Shown here: positions 41,228 to 51,935 of the stretch, one piece after another
Layout: every line of letters starts with the position of its first letter
Position numbering within the stretch: position 1 is the stretch's first letter
Source: an uncultured Acidobacteriota bacterium
Lineage (GTDB): Bacteria; Actinomycetota; Acidimicrobiia; Spongiisociales; ZC4RG35
Length of the DNA: 64,000 nucleotides
NCBI GenBank assembly: GCA_963828465.1
Contig: CAWHEU010000021.1
Span: forward strand, 32,001 to 96,000
Direction: 5' to 3'
Position numbers and translations under genes: made by a program
The notes under the pieces: generated by a model
The model's input: only the letters and a program-made list of their open reading frames with translations
Database searches by the model: none
What the model was told of the DNA's origin: nothing

Positions 41228-42550
41228 ATGTCCCCAAGTCAGCAGCCCGCCCCCGCAACGGGGAAGCTCGGGATCCTCACCCCCGGGATGGGCGCAGTCG
41301 CCACCACGTTCATTGCGGGCGTTCTCGCCGCCCGGAAGGGGTATGCCCACCCGTTTGGCTCACTCACCCAGATGTCGCACATACGCCTTGGCAAGAGAAC
41401 GGACGGGCGGAACCCACTGATCAAGGATTTCGTGCCTCTCGCCGGGCTCGACGACCTCGAATTCGGCGGATGGGATCCCTTTTCCGACGATGCGTACACC
41501 TCTGCGATGAAAGCGGGCGTCCTGGACCCCAGGGACATCGAAGGGATTGGCGACGAACTGCGATCGGTCAAGCCGTACCCGGCGGTCTTCTCCAACCGGT
41601 GGGTGAAGAACCTCGATGGTGTCGACCAGGTGAACGATGCTGCCACCCACATGGACCTCGCCGAAGGCCTGATGGAGGACATCGACCGCTTCCGCGGCGA
41701 GAAGGCCGTGGACCGCCTGGTGATGGTCTGGTGCGGGTCGACCGAGGCCTACGAGGAGCCTTCCGAGGTCCACTCCGACCTGCAGACATTCGAGCAGGGC
41801 CTCAAGGACAACGACCCTGCAATCAGCCCTTCCCAGATCTACGCCTATGCCGCCCTCAAGATGAAGGTCCCGTTCGCCAACGGGGCACCCAATCTCACTG
41901 TGGACATCCCGGCCATGGTCGAGCTCGCCGCACTGGAAGGGGTCCCAATCTCAGGCAAAGACTTCAAGACGGGCCAGACGCTGATGAAGACGATGGTGGC
42001 CCCGGGGCTCAAGGTCCGGATGCTGGGCGTCAAGGGATGGTTCTCCACCAACATCCTCGGCAACCGAGACGGAGAGGTCCTCGACGACCCGGACAGCTTC
42101 CGATCCAAGGAGGTCTCCAAGCTCGGAGTTCTGGAGCAGATCCTCCAACCCGAGGTCTATCCGGAGCTGTATGGCGACCTGTACCACAAGGTGAGGATCA
42201 ACTACTACCCACCAAAGGGCGACGACAAGGAGGGGTGGGACAACATCGACATCTTCGGGTGGCTCGGGTACCCGATGCAGATAAAGATCGATTTTCTGTG
42301 CAAGGACTCGATCCTGGCCGCCCCCATCGTCCTCGACCTCGCACTGTTCATGGATCTCGCCGCACGCGCCGGTCGAAACGGCGTCCAGGAGTGGCTCTCC
42401 TTCTATTTCAAGAGCCCTCAGGCTGCCCCCGGCCTCTACGCCGAGAACGACCTGTTCATCCAGCACACCAAGCTAAAGAACAACCTGAGGCACATGATGG
42501 GCGAGGAGTTGATCACCCATCTCGGCACCGAGTACTACGAAGAGGGGTGA
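41228..42550 (+). CDS. ino1: myo-Inositol-1-phosphate synthase
   Basis: GMGAVATT, FGGWD, STE, NGAPN, GKDFKTGQT, NILGNRDG, GDDKEGWD, DSILAAPIVLDL. Confidence 0.93.
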   Translation: MSPSQQPAPATGKLGILTPGMGAVATTFIAGVLAARKGYAHPFGSLTQMSHIRLGKRTDGRNPLIKDFVPLAGLDDLEFGGWDPFSDDAYTSAMKAGVLDPRDIEGIGDELRSVKPYPAVFSNRWVKNLDGVDQVNDAATHMDLAEGLMEDIDRFRGEKAVDRLVMVWCGSTEAYEEPSEVHSDLQTFEQGLKDNDPAISPSQIYAYAALKMKVPFANGAPNLTVDIPAMVELAALEGVPISGKDFKTGQTLMKTMVAPGLKVRMLGVKGWFSTNILGNRDGEVLDDPDSFRSKEVSKLGVLEQILQPEVYPELYGDLYHKVRINYYPPKGDDKEGWDNIDIFGWLGYPMQIKIDFLCKDSILAAPIVLDLALFMDLAARAGRNGVQEWLSFYFKSPQAAPGLYAENDLFIQHTKLKNNLRHMMGEELITHLGTEYYEEG

Positions 42551-42954
42551 CCACTCGTGGGATCACCGTCGGATCCTGGCTGATCCCCGAGTCCGAGATC
42601 GAGGAGCGATTCGACACCTCGGGTGGCCCTGGCGGGCAGCACGCCAACAAGAACGAGACGGCGGTCACCCTTCGGGTGGAAATCGCCGCCTCGTCGCTGC
42701 CGGACGAGATCAAGGAGCGCCTCGGGCGCCGGTTGGGATCCCACGTCGAGGTGACGGCGTCGGACACCCGGTCACAATGGCGGAACCGCGAGATCGCCCG
42801 CGAGCGTCTCACCGAGCGGATCGAACGGGCATTGATCCAGCCGAAGCCGAGAAAGAAGACCAAGCCATCACCACAATCGAAGGAACGCCGGCTCGCCGAG
42901 AAGAGGTCGAGGTCGGCGATAAAAAAGGGCCGTCGGCCTCCCGACGCCGACTGA
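42547..42954 (+). CDS. arfB: Alternative ribosome rescue peptidyl-tRNA hydrolase
   Basis: SGGPGGQHANK, RSQWRNRE and a basic C-terminal tail; GTGA overlap with ino1. Confidence 0.92.
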   Translation: MTTRGITVGSWLIPESEIEERFDTSGGPGGQHANKNETAVTLRVEIAASSLPDEIKERLGRRLGSHVEVTASDTRSQWRNREIARERLTERIERALIQPKPRKKTKPSPQSKERRLAEKRSRSAIKKGRRPPDAD

Positions 42955-43029
42955 CATCCGGAGAAAACCGCCCGGAATGTCTTGCTGCGAACTGATGTTC
43001 GAGTGATTGTGCAGAATCAGAGAGATCGT

Positions 43030-43968
43030 GTGAAAAGAGAAGACGCGACGCTGGTCGACGAGACCGGACGTCTCACCAGTGACTCCCTGAGCCAGTATCT
43101 GGCGGGGATCGGTGGGCGACCCCTGCTCACCGCTGAAGACGAGGTTCGGCTCGCTCAGGCCATGGAAGCCGGCGCCGAGGCGCGCCTCGCCCTCGATGAA
43201 GGCGTTGCCGACCCCGTCGAGCGATCGCGCCTCGAGCGCGTATCCCGCGAAGGACTGCGGGCTCGTCAGGACTTCATCCAGGCCAACCTCCGCCTCGTCG
43301 TGTCGAACGCCCGTCTCTACTCCGGGGCCAAGTTGGACATGCTCGACCTGATCCAGGAGGGGAACCTCGGCCTGATTCGGGCCGTGGAGAAGTTCGACTG
43401 GCGCAAGGGGTTCAAGTTCTCCACGTACGCAACCTGGTGGATTCGCCAGGCGCTTCAGCGTGCCCGCGCCGATCAGAGCGACGCCATCCGCATCCCCTCG
43501 GCTCTGTTCGACATCCTTCCCGTCGTTCGCGGCGCCGCCGAAGAGCTGCGGACCAAGCTCGACCGGGCACCGACCCACGAGGAGATCGCCGAAATCACAG
43601 GGATCGCCATCGGTGATGTCGACAAGGCACTGTCGGTTGCCACCACGGTCGCCCTCGAATCCCCGATTGGTGAAGACGGGGCGCTTCTCGGCGATTTCAT
43701 CGCCGACACCGAAGCTGTCGACCCGTCCACCGAGGTCGAGCAGCGAATCGTGGAGGAGCGCCTGCGGCAAAGCCTGGCCCATCTGTCCGATCTGCATCGG
43801 CAGGTGCTCGAGCTCAGGTTCGGGTTCGGCGACGGCGTTCCCGCCGCTTTCTCGACGGTTTCGAACATCACCGGTGTGCCGGAGGCCGAGGTGCGTGAGC
43901 TCGTGGCCGAGGCTCTAGTCCTGCTCGCCGCCGATCTCCGTGCCGTCGAGGACATGGTCGCTGCCTGA
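43030..43968 (+). CDS. Group 2-like sigma-70 factor with a divergent region 4.2
   Basis: [54 protein letters not shown]. Confidence 0.9.
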   Translation: MKREDATLVDETGRLTSDSLSQYLAGIGGRPLLTAEDEVRLAQAMEAGAEARLALDEGVADPVERSRLERVSREGLRARQDFIQANLRLVVSNARLYSGAKLDMLDLIQEGNLGLIRAVEKFDWRKGFKFSTYATWWIRQALQRARADQSDAIRIPSALFDILPVVRGAAEELRTKLDRAPTHEEIAEITGIAIGDVDKALSVATTVALESPIGEDGALLGDFIADTEAVDPSTEVEQRIVEERLRQSLAHLSDLHRQVLELRFGFGDGVPAAFSTVSNITGVPEAEVRELVAEALVLLAADLRAVEDMVAA

Positions 43969-44043
43969 CGCGGGGCCCGAGATCGGCAAATCCACCGGAG
44001 CCCGACCGATCTGGCCGTCGTCGATTTGACCTAACGTCGAGTC

Positions 44044-44694
44044 ATGGCAGAGATGACCCCCGAGACCTGGGATTTCATCAACGAGTACTCGCGGGACGTA
44101 TTCGGCGACCAGGACGAGCATCTGGCCGGCCTCATGGACGAGGCGACGGCCGCCGGCCTCCCTGCCATCGCGGTGGGGCCCGACGTCGGCCGATTGCTGA
44201 TGATCCTCACCTCGATGACAAAGGGCAGGCTGGCTATCGAGGTCGGGACCCTGGCCGGGTACTCAGGGATCTGGATCACCCGTGGGCTGGCTCCCGATGG
44301 CCGGCTGATCACGATCGAGTACGAGCCGCGGCACGCCGATTTCGCCCAACGACAGTTCGAGCGCGCCGGACTGGCAGATCGCGTTGACCTCAGACGGGGC
44401 GCAGGCCTGGCTGTGCTGTCCGACCTGAGCCAGGAGCTGGAGCCAGGAAGCGTGGACTTGCTGTTCATCGACGCCCACAAGCCGGAGTACATCGATTACT
44501 TCGAGAGAACCAGGCCCCTTGTCGCCGTTGGCGGCCTGGTCATCGCCGACAATGTCTATGGCATCGGCACCGGGTGGATCGACCAGGGATACGGCACCGA
44601 CGAGTTCAACCGTCATATCGCCGCCGACCCCGAGTTCGAGGCAGCGGCATTCCCGTTCCGCGAGGGCGTCCTCGTCGCCCGACGGATCAGCTGA
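44044..44694 (+). CDS. SAM-dependent O-methyltransferase (family 3)
   Basis: EVGTLAGYSG, LFIDAHK, VIADN. Confidence 0.92.
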   Translation: MAEMTPETWDFINEYSRDVFGDQDEHLAGLMDEATAAGLPAIAVGPDVGRLLMILTSMTKGRLAIEVGTLAGYSGIWITRGLAPDGRLITIEYEPRHADFAQRQFERAGLADRVDLRRGAGLAVLSDLSQELEPGSVDLLFIDAHKPEYIDYFERTRPLVAVGGLVIADNVYGIGTGWIDQGYGTDEFNRHIAADPEFEAAAFPFREGVLVARRIS

Positions 44695-45878
44695 ATAAGC
44701 GAGCGGCCTCGTCGCGATCGGGTTTTCCCATCGGTGTCATGGGAAGTCCTGCGACCTGCCGCCAGCGCTTGGGGATCATGAAGCCGGGCAGAATCTGCCT
44801 CAATGCGGTCTCGACCTGGGCTGGATTCGCCTGCCCGACATAGAGACACACCACCTCCATCCCCCACTCTTCGCTGGTCAGGCCGGCCACTAAGGCTTCA
44901 TGGACACCCTCTACCCGGAGCAGAGCCGCTTCGACAACGGCCGGATCGATGTTCTCACCACCACTGACGATGATCGTGTCGGCGCGCCCTGTCACCCGAA
45001 GCGCCCCGTCGTCATCGATCGTCCCCAGGTCCCCCGTGACCAACCAGTCCTCGGCACCCCGATCAGGCTCCCCGACATAGCCAGGGCTGAGCATCGGGCC
45101 GCGGACCGCGATCCGGTCGTCGGGATCGATACGGATGTTGACTCCGGGCAGCGGATGAGCCTTGTTCTCGAGAGGCGCTCCCGGTTTTAGCGTCGCTACC
45201 TGACCGGCGGTCTCGGTGAGGCCATAGGTTGGAAGCACCGGAAGCCCCGCCGCACCGGCTCGATCCAATACGCGATCGGGGATAGGTCCTCCGCCGAGGA
45301 GAACCGCCCTGAGGCCGTCATACGGCCCCGGGTCGACGTCGAGAACCCGGCTCACCATGGTCGGCACCATCGAGGCAACGGTGACCCCCCGCCGGAGATG
45401 GGTGGCAAATGTGACGGGGTCAAAGCCGGGGAGCATGCGCACGCACTCCACCCGCGTAGGCCGACCTGACGAGGATCGAGAGCCCGGCCACATGATGGAG
45501 GGGCAGGGCGAGCAGCCAGGTGTCGGCAGGCCCGTGACCTAGATGCTGCATCGAGGCACTGGCGGCCGCCTCCCAATTGTCGATCGTCAGGCGCACGCCC
45601 TTGGGCCGCCCCGAGGTCCCCGAGGTGAAGAGCACCGAGGCGGCATCGGAGGGCTCGATGGCGGCCGTCTCAACAGTGCCAGTGACGACCGCCGAGCCCT
45701 TGGACATCACCGCCAGCAGGTCTATCACCGATTGGATGTCGAGACCCGGCCGTACCACCTCGATGCCATCCACCGGGCGGTCCCTGACGGCATCGGCGAT
45801 CTCCCCGAAGGTCAGTGTGTCGTCGGGGGTCTCGATGAACACCCGCGCCGGGTCGTGTCGCCTCAGCCAGTCGAGCAT
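44687..45878 (-). CDS. menE: o-Succinylbenzoate-CoA ligase (frameshift near 45445)
   Basis: FTSGTSGRPKG, LPLHHVAG, then YGLTET, TGDLG, GRAD, SGGENI, GKPDR; divergent from menB. Confidence 0.85.
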
Positions 45879-45924
45879 GCGCCGCGAATCTTCACACGAC
45901 GATTCTGCCTCTTATCCTCCGCCG

Positions 45925-46824
45925 GTGATCTCCGCGCTGTTCGACGAATCATCATGGGATCAGGTGCCGGGATTCGAGTTCTCCGACATCACGTATCACA
46001 AGGCGATCGGGCATGGTGTGGTTCGGATCGCCTTCGATCGACCCGAAGTGCGGAACGCATTCCGACCGCACACCGTCGATGAGTTGTTTGCCGCCCTCGA
46101 CCATGCACGCCAGTCACCCAAGGTCGGGTGTGTCCTCCTCACCGGGAACGGCCCATCTCCCAAGGACGGGGGGTGGGCGTTTTGTTCGGGTGGCGACCAG
46201 AGGATCAGGGGCCGTGACGGCTACAAGTACGCCGACGGGGATGCAAACGAGACGGTGGATTCCGCGCGACTGGGCCGCCTCCACATCCTCGAAGTGCAGC
46301 GTCTCATCAGGTTCATGCCCAAGATCGTGATCGCCGTCGTACCGGGATGGGCCGTCGGAGGAGGTCACTCACTCCACGTCGTCTGCGATCTGACCCTCGC
46401 CTCTGAGGAGCACGCCATCTTCAAGCAGACCGATGCCGATGTCGCCTCCTATGACGCCGGGTACGGCTCTGCCTATCTGGCCCGGCAGATCGGCCAGAAG
46501 CGAGCCCGGGAGGTCTTTTTCCTGGGGCGCGAGTACTCGGCGGCGGAGGCGTACGAGATGGGAATGGTCAACGCCGTGGTGCCCCATTCCGAGTTGGAGA
46601 CGGTCGCTCTCGAGTGGGCCCAGGAGGTCATGTCGAAGAGCCCCACGGCCCAACGCATGCTCAAATTCGCCTTCAATCTGATCGACGATGGATTGGTCGG
46701 CCAGCAGATCTTCGCCGGAGAGGCGACCCGTCTCGGCTACATGACTGACGAGGCCCGGGAGGGGCGTGACGCGTTCCTGGAGAAGCGGGAGCCCGATTTC
46801 GGTCAATATCCCTGGCATTTCTGA
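45925..46824 (+). CDS. menB: 1,4-Dihydroxy-2-naphthoyl-CoA synthase
   Basis: RPEVRNAFRP, FCSGGDQRIRG, GGGHSLHVVCD, SYDAGYGS. Confidence 0.96.
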   Translation: MISALFDESSWDQVPGFEFSDITYHKAIGHGVVRIAFDRPEVRNAFRPHTVDELFAALDHARQSPKVGCVLLTGNGPSPKDGGWAFCSGGDQRIRGRDGYKYADGDANETVDSARLGRLHILEVQRLIRFMPKIVIAVVPGWAVGGGHSLHVVCDLTLASEEHAIFKQTDADVASYDAGYGSAYLARQIGQKRAREVFFLGREYSAAEAYEMGMVNAVVPHSELETVALEWAQEVMSKSPTAQRMLKFAFNLIDDGLVGQQIFAGEATRLGYMTDEAREGRDAFLEKREPDFGQYPWHF

Positions 46825-46828
46825 CCCC

Positions 46829-47707
46829 GTGACCACATTCCAGGCCTGGAAGACGGCAGCCCGCGTCCACACTCTCCCCGCGGCCGTGGTGCCGGTTGTG
46901 GTCGGCTCGGCCCTCGCCCAGTCAGATGGCGTGTTCCGTTGGGACGTCTTTCTCTATGCCCTGTTGGCCACGGTCGCAATCCAGGTGGCGGCCAATTTCG
47001 CCAACGACGTCTCGGATGCGCGCCGGGGGGCAGATACCGGTGACCGGGTGGGTCCGCCGAGGATGGTTGCCCTGGGACAGATCACGGCGAGGCAGATGTG
47101 GGTCGGAGTGGTGGCGGCACTGGTGATAGCCGCCGGCGCCGGCATCGCGCTCGCAGTGATCGGCGGACCGGTGATCCTGGTCATCGGCGTGGTGTCCGTC
47201 ATCGCGATGCTCGGCTACGTCGGTGGCCCATTCCCGTACGGGTACCGGGGGCTCGGGGAGGTGTTCGTCTTCCTCTTCTTCGGCGTGGTGGCCACGGTGG
47301 GCAGCCGATACATCTATGACATGACAGCGCCGCTCCCGGCGTGGCTCCTCTCGATCCCGATTGGTCTGCTGGCGGCGGCGATCCTCGTGGTCAACAACTA
47401 CCGCGACCTCGACACCGATCGGGCGGCAGGAAAACGGACACTGGCCGTGATCATCGGACCGGACAAAACGAGGACGCTGTTCGTCACGCTGGTCTACGGC
47501 GCCTTCTTCCTGATCGCCGTGTTCGCCGTGCTGCGATGGACCCCATTCCCCACGATCTTCGCCGCCCTGATCGCTCCTTACGCCATGGGCCCGGTGCGGA
47601 TCATCTATGGCAAGAGCGACGGCCCCGCTCTGATCCGTGCATTGAAAATGACTGCCCGTCTCCACCTGTGGACCGGGTTGGTGATCGCAGCCGGCGTGCT
47701 GATCTGA
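46829..47707 (+). CDS. menA: DHNA polyprenyltransferase
   Basis: ARVHTLPA, NFANDVSD, GYRGLGE, NNYRDLDTD..AGKRTL. Confidence 0.94.
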   Translation: MTTFQAWKTAARVHTLPAAVVPVVVGSALAQSDGVFRWDVFLYALLATVAIQVAANFANDVSDARRGADTGDRVGPPRMVALGQITARQMWVGVVAALVIAAGAGIALAVIGGPVILVIGVVSVIAMLGYVGGPFPYGYRGLGEVFVFLFFGVVATVGSRYIYDMTAPLPAWLLSIPIGLLAAAILVVNNYRDLDTDRAAGKRTLAVIIGPDKTRTLFVTLVYGAFFLIAVFAVLRWTPFPTIFAALIAPYAMGPVRIIYGKSDGPALIRALKMTARLHLWTGLVIAAGVLI

Positions 47708-47744
47708 GTGGAACCGTTGGGGAGTGCGTAGCGTCGAAAGGACC

Positions 47745-48191
47745 ATGAGAAGAGCAATTGCCCTCGCCGCCATCCTTGCCATCGCCCTCACTGCCTGCGC
47801 CGACCCCGGCGAGGAGGGTGCATCCGATCCGACGGCCAACGCCTGGGTCCTCGAGGCCGGCACGCTCGACGGAGCCGACATCCCGATCGTCGACGGGTTC
47901 CCGATCACACTGATCTTCGACCAGCCGGAGGGGACCGCCGGGGGAAAGTCGGCCTGCAACCAGTGGTTTGGGGGTTACACCCTGTCCGGGAACGAACTGA
48001 CCTTCACCGATCTCGGCGGGACCATGATGGCCTGTGTCGACGAAGGGGTGATGGAATCTGAGGCGGCATTTCTCGACGCCATGGGCCAGGTGGAGCTATT
48101 CACCATCGAGGGTGACGAGTTGAACCTGACCGGCGAGGCCGTGGACCTTCTCTTCGTGGTCGACGAGACAGCCACCACGACCACCTCCTGA
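47745..48191 (+). CDS. META/HslJ domain lipoprotein
   Basis: Lipobox LTAC; ACNQWFGGY, GTMMAC. Confidence 0.88.
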   Translation: MRRAIALAAILAIALTACADPGEEGASDPTANAWVLEAGTLDGADIPIVDGFPITLIFDQPEGTAGGKSACNQWFGGYTLSGNELTFTDLGGTMMACVDEGVMESEAAFLDAMGQVELFTIEGDELNLTGEAVDLLFVVDETATTTTS

Positions 48192-48201
48192 TCCGTCGCC
48201 G

Positions 48202-48976
48202 ATGAGGAGCCGGCGTTTCGCCACACTGGGCTGTGTGATCGCCTTGCTCGCCGGCTGTGCCGAGGCCAGAACGGTACGCCGGCTGCGGAACTGACCGATG
48301 TTCCCTGGGAATTGGTCTCAGGCACGGTCGACGGTTCAACCATCCCCTGGTCGACGGACTCCCCAATCACGCTGACCATCGTCGAAGGGCACCGCGACCG
48401 GCACCGCCGCCTGCAACGGATACGGAGCGACAGTCACCACCTCTGGCGCCGATGATCACATTCTCAGGACTGGGCGGCGACCGAGATGGCCTGCTCACCC
48501 GAAGGTCATGGAATCGGAGAGGGCGGTACCTCGAGTCTCTTCCCCGGGTGGAGACATGGTCGAGCACAGAGGGCAACCTCACCCTCAGCGGCGACGGAGT
48601 CGAGTTGCTGTTCCAGGCGCTTCCGCCAGTCCCCACCGCCGAGCTGACTGGGATGGTCTGGGTGCTGGAAAGCCTCGTCGACGGAGACTCTGTCTCGAGC
48701 GTCGGCGGCGAGCGGGCCACCCTGGAACTGTTCAGTGACAACTCGATGCTCGGCTCCACCGGCTGCCGTGATCTCCACGGACGATATGAAACGACAGGTG
48801 CCGACGTGACGATGCCGGAAATGGCTGCCGAAGGCGACTGCCCGCCAGATCTCCAGGCTCAGGACAGCCACGTGATCACGGTGCTCGGCGACGGGTTCCG
48901 GGCATCCGTGGAGGGGCAGGTGCTGAACCTCTCGTCGTCTGGCGGTCTGGGCCTGGTCTACCGAGCCGAGCCCTGA
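48202..48976 (+). pseudogene. Two-META-domain lipoprotein with several frameshifts
   Basis: Lipobox LAGC; fragments WELVSGTVDG, ACNGYG and TEMAC fall in different frames; second META domain intact (GSTGCR...DCP). Confidence 0.7.
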
Positions 48977-49035
48977 TCCAGTCGTTCTAAAAGCCATCAC
49001 TATGGTTGAAAGAAACCGGAGCGAAAGGAACGCCG

Positions 49036-50577
49036 ATGGCCGAGACGAAGGTGACCGGGCCGGACCTGGTCGACGACGGCATCCCGTTGGACTCCCTGAC
49101 CTTGAACGAACCGGTCAAGGGCCAGGTCGACGGGAAGCAGGTCATCGTGGTCCGCACCGAGAGCGGTTTGTGCGCCGTCGCCGGGCATTGCAGCCACTAC
49201 GGAGGCCCTCTCGGTGATGGCCTGTGCGTCGACGGCCAGGTGCACTGCCCCTGGCATCACGCAACGTTCGACCTGACAACCGGTGAAGCCGTCGGGGCAC
49301 CAGCCCTCAACCGGCTCAAGGTGTACCAACCGGCAGAGCGAGACGGTCGCGTCTTTGTCACCGGTCCCATCGAATCTCCCGCTCCCGATCGGCAGCCCCT
49401 GGTAACACCCGAGTCAGTCGTGATTGTGGGAGCCGGGGCCGCCGGTGCTGCCGCCGCAGAGATGCTTCGTCGGCTCGGCTACAAGGGATCGGTGTCGATG
49501 ATCGGTCTCGAGGCGCCTGTCGATCGGCCCAATGTCTCCAAGGACTATCTGGCGGGAACGGCGCCCGAGGACTGGATGCCGTTGCGGAGCCCGGATTTCT
49601 ACGAGAAGCACGACATCACGCTCATCACCGGGGTCGAGGTCACGGCGATCGATGCCGGTGAGCGGACGGTGGCGCTTGAAGACGGGCGGAGCATCGCGTA
49701 CGAGGCGTTACTCCTCGCACCGGGAGCGGAGCCGAAGCGCCTCCCCACACCCGGAGCGGACCAAGACCACGTCCATTACCTCCGGACACTCGAGGACAGC
49801 CGCTCGATCATCGCTGCTCTGGAGGGGACAGACAATGCTGTCGTAATCGGAACCGGGTTCATCGGGTTGGAAGTCGCTGCGTCGCTGCGCCAGCGTGACG
49901 TGGCGGTGACCGTGGTGGCGCCAGAGGAGGTGCCACTGGTGCCAATCATCGGCGAGAAGCTGGGCCGCTTCGTCCAGGATCTCCACGAGGAGCACGGCGT
50001 CGAGTTCCGTCTGGGTCACACGGTGGCGGAGATCAAGGAAAAGGAGGTCGTGCTCGACGACGGGAAGGCCGTCCCTGCCGACCTGGTGGTGATCGGTGTC
50101 GGCGTGGTTCCCAACACCGGTTTGGCCGAGCAGGCCGGGCTCAACGTCGATAACGGGGTCGTGGTCGACGATCGTCTCCGGACCAGCGATCCCAACATCT
50201 GGGCGGCCGGCGACGTCGCCTCTTATCCCGATCAGAACGCGGGCCGGGTTCGGATCGAGCACTGGGTGCTGGCTCAGCGACAAGGGCAAGCAGCAGCCCG
50301 GAACATCCTCGGGCATGACACCCCATTCACAGATCCCCCGTTCTTCTGGAGCCAGCACTACGACATCCCAATCAACGTCGTCGGCAACGCCAAGGAATGG
50401 GACGAGGAGATCGTCCGGGGCGAGGCAGCGGACCATGACGTGATGGTCGGCTATCGAAAGGATGGCTCCATCCAGGCCGTGGCCTCGATCTATCGGGACC
50501 TGGAATCGTTACGCGCCGAGTACGCGTTGGCCAACCAGGATCAAGAGGCGCTGCAGGAGCTCTTCGGCGAGGGTTGA
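49036..50577 (+). CDS. Rieske 2Fe-2S plus FAD/NAD oxidoreductase (AIF-like)
   Basis: CSHYGGPL...CPWHHA Rieske motif; VGAGAAG, GTGFIGLE, AAGD, PFFWS. Confidence 0.93.
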   Translation: MAETKVTGPDLVDDGIPLDSLTLNEPVKGQVDGKQVIVVRTESGLCAVAGHCSHYGGPLGDGLCVDGQVHCPWHHATFDLTTGEAVGAPALNRLKVYQPAERDGRVFVTGPIESPAPDRQPLVTPESVVIVGAGAAGAAAAEMLRRLGYKGSVSMIGLEAPVDRPNVSKDYLAGTAPEDWMPLRSPDFYEKHDITLITGVEVTAIDAGERTVALEDGRSIAYEALLLAPGAEPKRLPTPGADQDHVHYLRTLEDSRSIIAALEGTDNAVVIGTGFIGLEVAASLRQRDVAVTVVAPEEVPLVPIIGEKLGRFVQDLHEEHGVEFRLGHTVAEIKEKEVVLDDGKAVPADLVVIGVGVVPNTGLAEQAGLNVDNGVVVDDRLRTSDPNIWAAGDVASYPDQNAGRVRIEHWVLAQRQGQAAARNILGHDTPFTDPPFFWSQHYDIPINVVGNAKEWDEEIVRGEAADHDVMVGYRKDGSIQAVASIYRDLESLRAEYALANQDQEALQELFGEG

Positions 50578-50671
50578 AGCGGCCGAGATTTCGCAGATTT
50601 CTTTTGTGGATGGCGTGTTTCTGACCCATTTCTGTCACCGGCTCCCGATACGTTGGGTGACATGGAGAGGG

Positions 50672-51801
50672 ATGTATTCGAGTGATCAGGCGGATGCGGG
50701 GATTGGCCATTTTCTGGTCTTGGCGGCGGCGCTGGCGCCGATTGTGAATGGATTATCGAGGCGGATCGGGGTCAACGGTTCCTGGCGGATGGGGCACGGA
50801 ATCTTCCAGAATGGGTTTCGGCCCGATTTGGCCTGCGGCATTCGACTGCGGCGCAGTTGGTTCGGGTGGCGCGGAGACTGGAGGATCTGCCTGTCTTGCG
50901 TTCCCGGTTTGCGGCTGGTGAGTTGTCGTTGGATCAGGTGGATTCGATTTCGAAGCTGGCGACTGCGGAGACCGAGGAAGCGGTGATTTCCGAGTGTTCG
51001 GGTTTGTCGAATGCGGCCCTGGATCGTGCCGCCCGCCGGGCCAATCCTGCCATCTACTGAGGATGCGGTCGATGTCCTGGCGGGTGCGTTGGTTGTCGAT
51101 CCAATACACCCTGGATGGGATCAGAGGCAATCTTCACGCCGATCTGCCCGGTCCCGACCTGGCCCAGGTGGAATCAGCGATCCGAGAGAAAGCGGACGAA
51201 ATACCGGTGAATCCAGAGTCGGGGATGTTCGATCCGTATCCGCAGCGGATGGCCGACGGATCTAGTCGAACTCTGTTCCACCACCGGAGATGAGAACGGT
51301 TCGGCTCCAACTCAAATCGTGGTTCATGCCGATCTCGACGCGCTGATCGAGAACTCTGAGACCGGAGTGGCCGAGATCGAGGGTGGTCCGGTCATCGCCA
51401 ATGAGACGGCCCGCCGATTGTCCTGTGATCCGATCCTCCAATGTGCCGTCTATGACCACAGGAAAGTGCTCGGGATCGGTCGGAGATCGAGGCTGATCCC
51501 GGCCTGGTTACGTCACCAGCTCTGGCATCGGGACGGGAACTGTCGGTGGCCTGGCTGTCCGTTCAAAGGTTGGCTCCACGCCCATCACAAGACCCATTGG
51601 GCCGATGGCGGACCGACCGATCTGGACAATCTCATCCTCTTATGTGGCTACCACCACCGGTTCTTACATGAACACGGATGGACGATCGAAAACGACGGAT
51701 ACGGCAAACCGGTCTTCCGACGACCCGACGGACGCATCTACCCACCGGCCCGACCCGTACTCGACCCCCGACTCCGGCAACTCGTCGGACAACGAACCTA
51801 G
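50672..51801 (+). mobile_element. DUF222 plus HNH endonuclease (REP13E12-like), multiply frameshifted
   Basis: GELSLDQV, QRMADG, VVHADL, ETARRLSCD, RDGNCRWPGC, HHKTHWADGGPTDLDNLILLCGYHH. Confidence 0.8.
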
Positions 51802-51935
51802 GGGCCACGCCCCCACCACCGCCTCACTCCGGCTTCGTACCCTCTGAGCATGACCTCGGCACTGGGTCTCCTGTTGAAGGCGATGGCCCATCAGGACCAG
51901 GAGGCATTGGCAGGACTGTTCGACGCCGAGGGCAG

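Noticed and set aside
40906-42954. 682-aa ORF as a giant ArfB fusion
   Set aside because: The upstream portion is an off-frame shadow of ino1; real arfB begins at GTG 42547.
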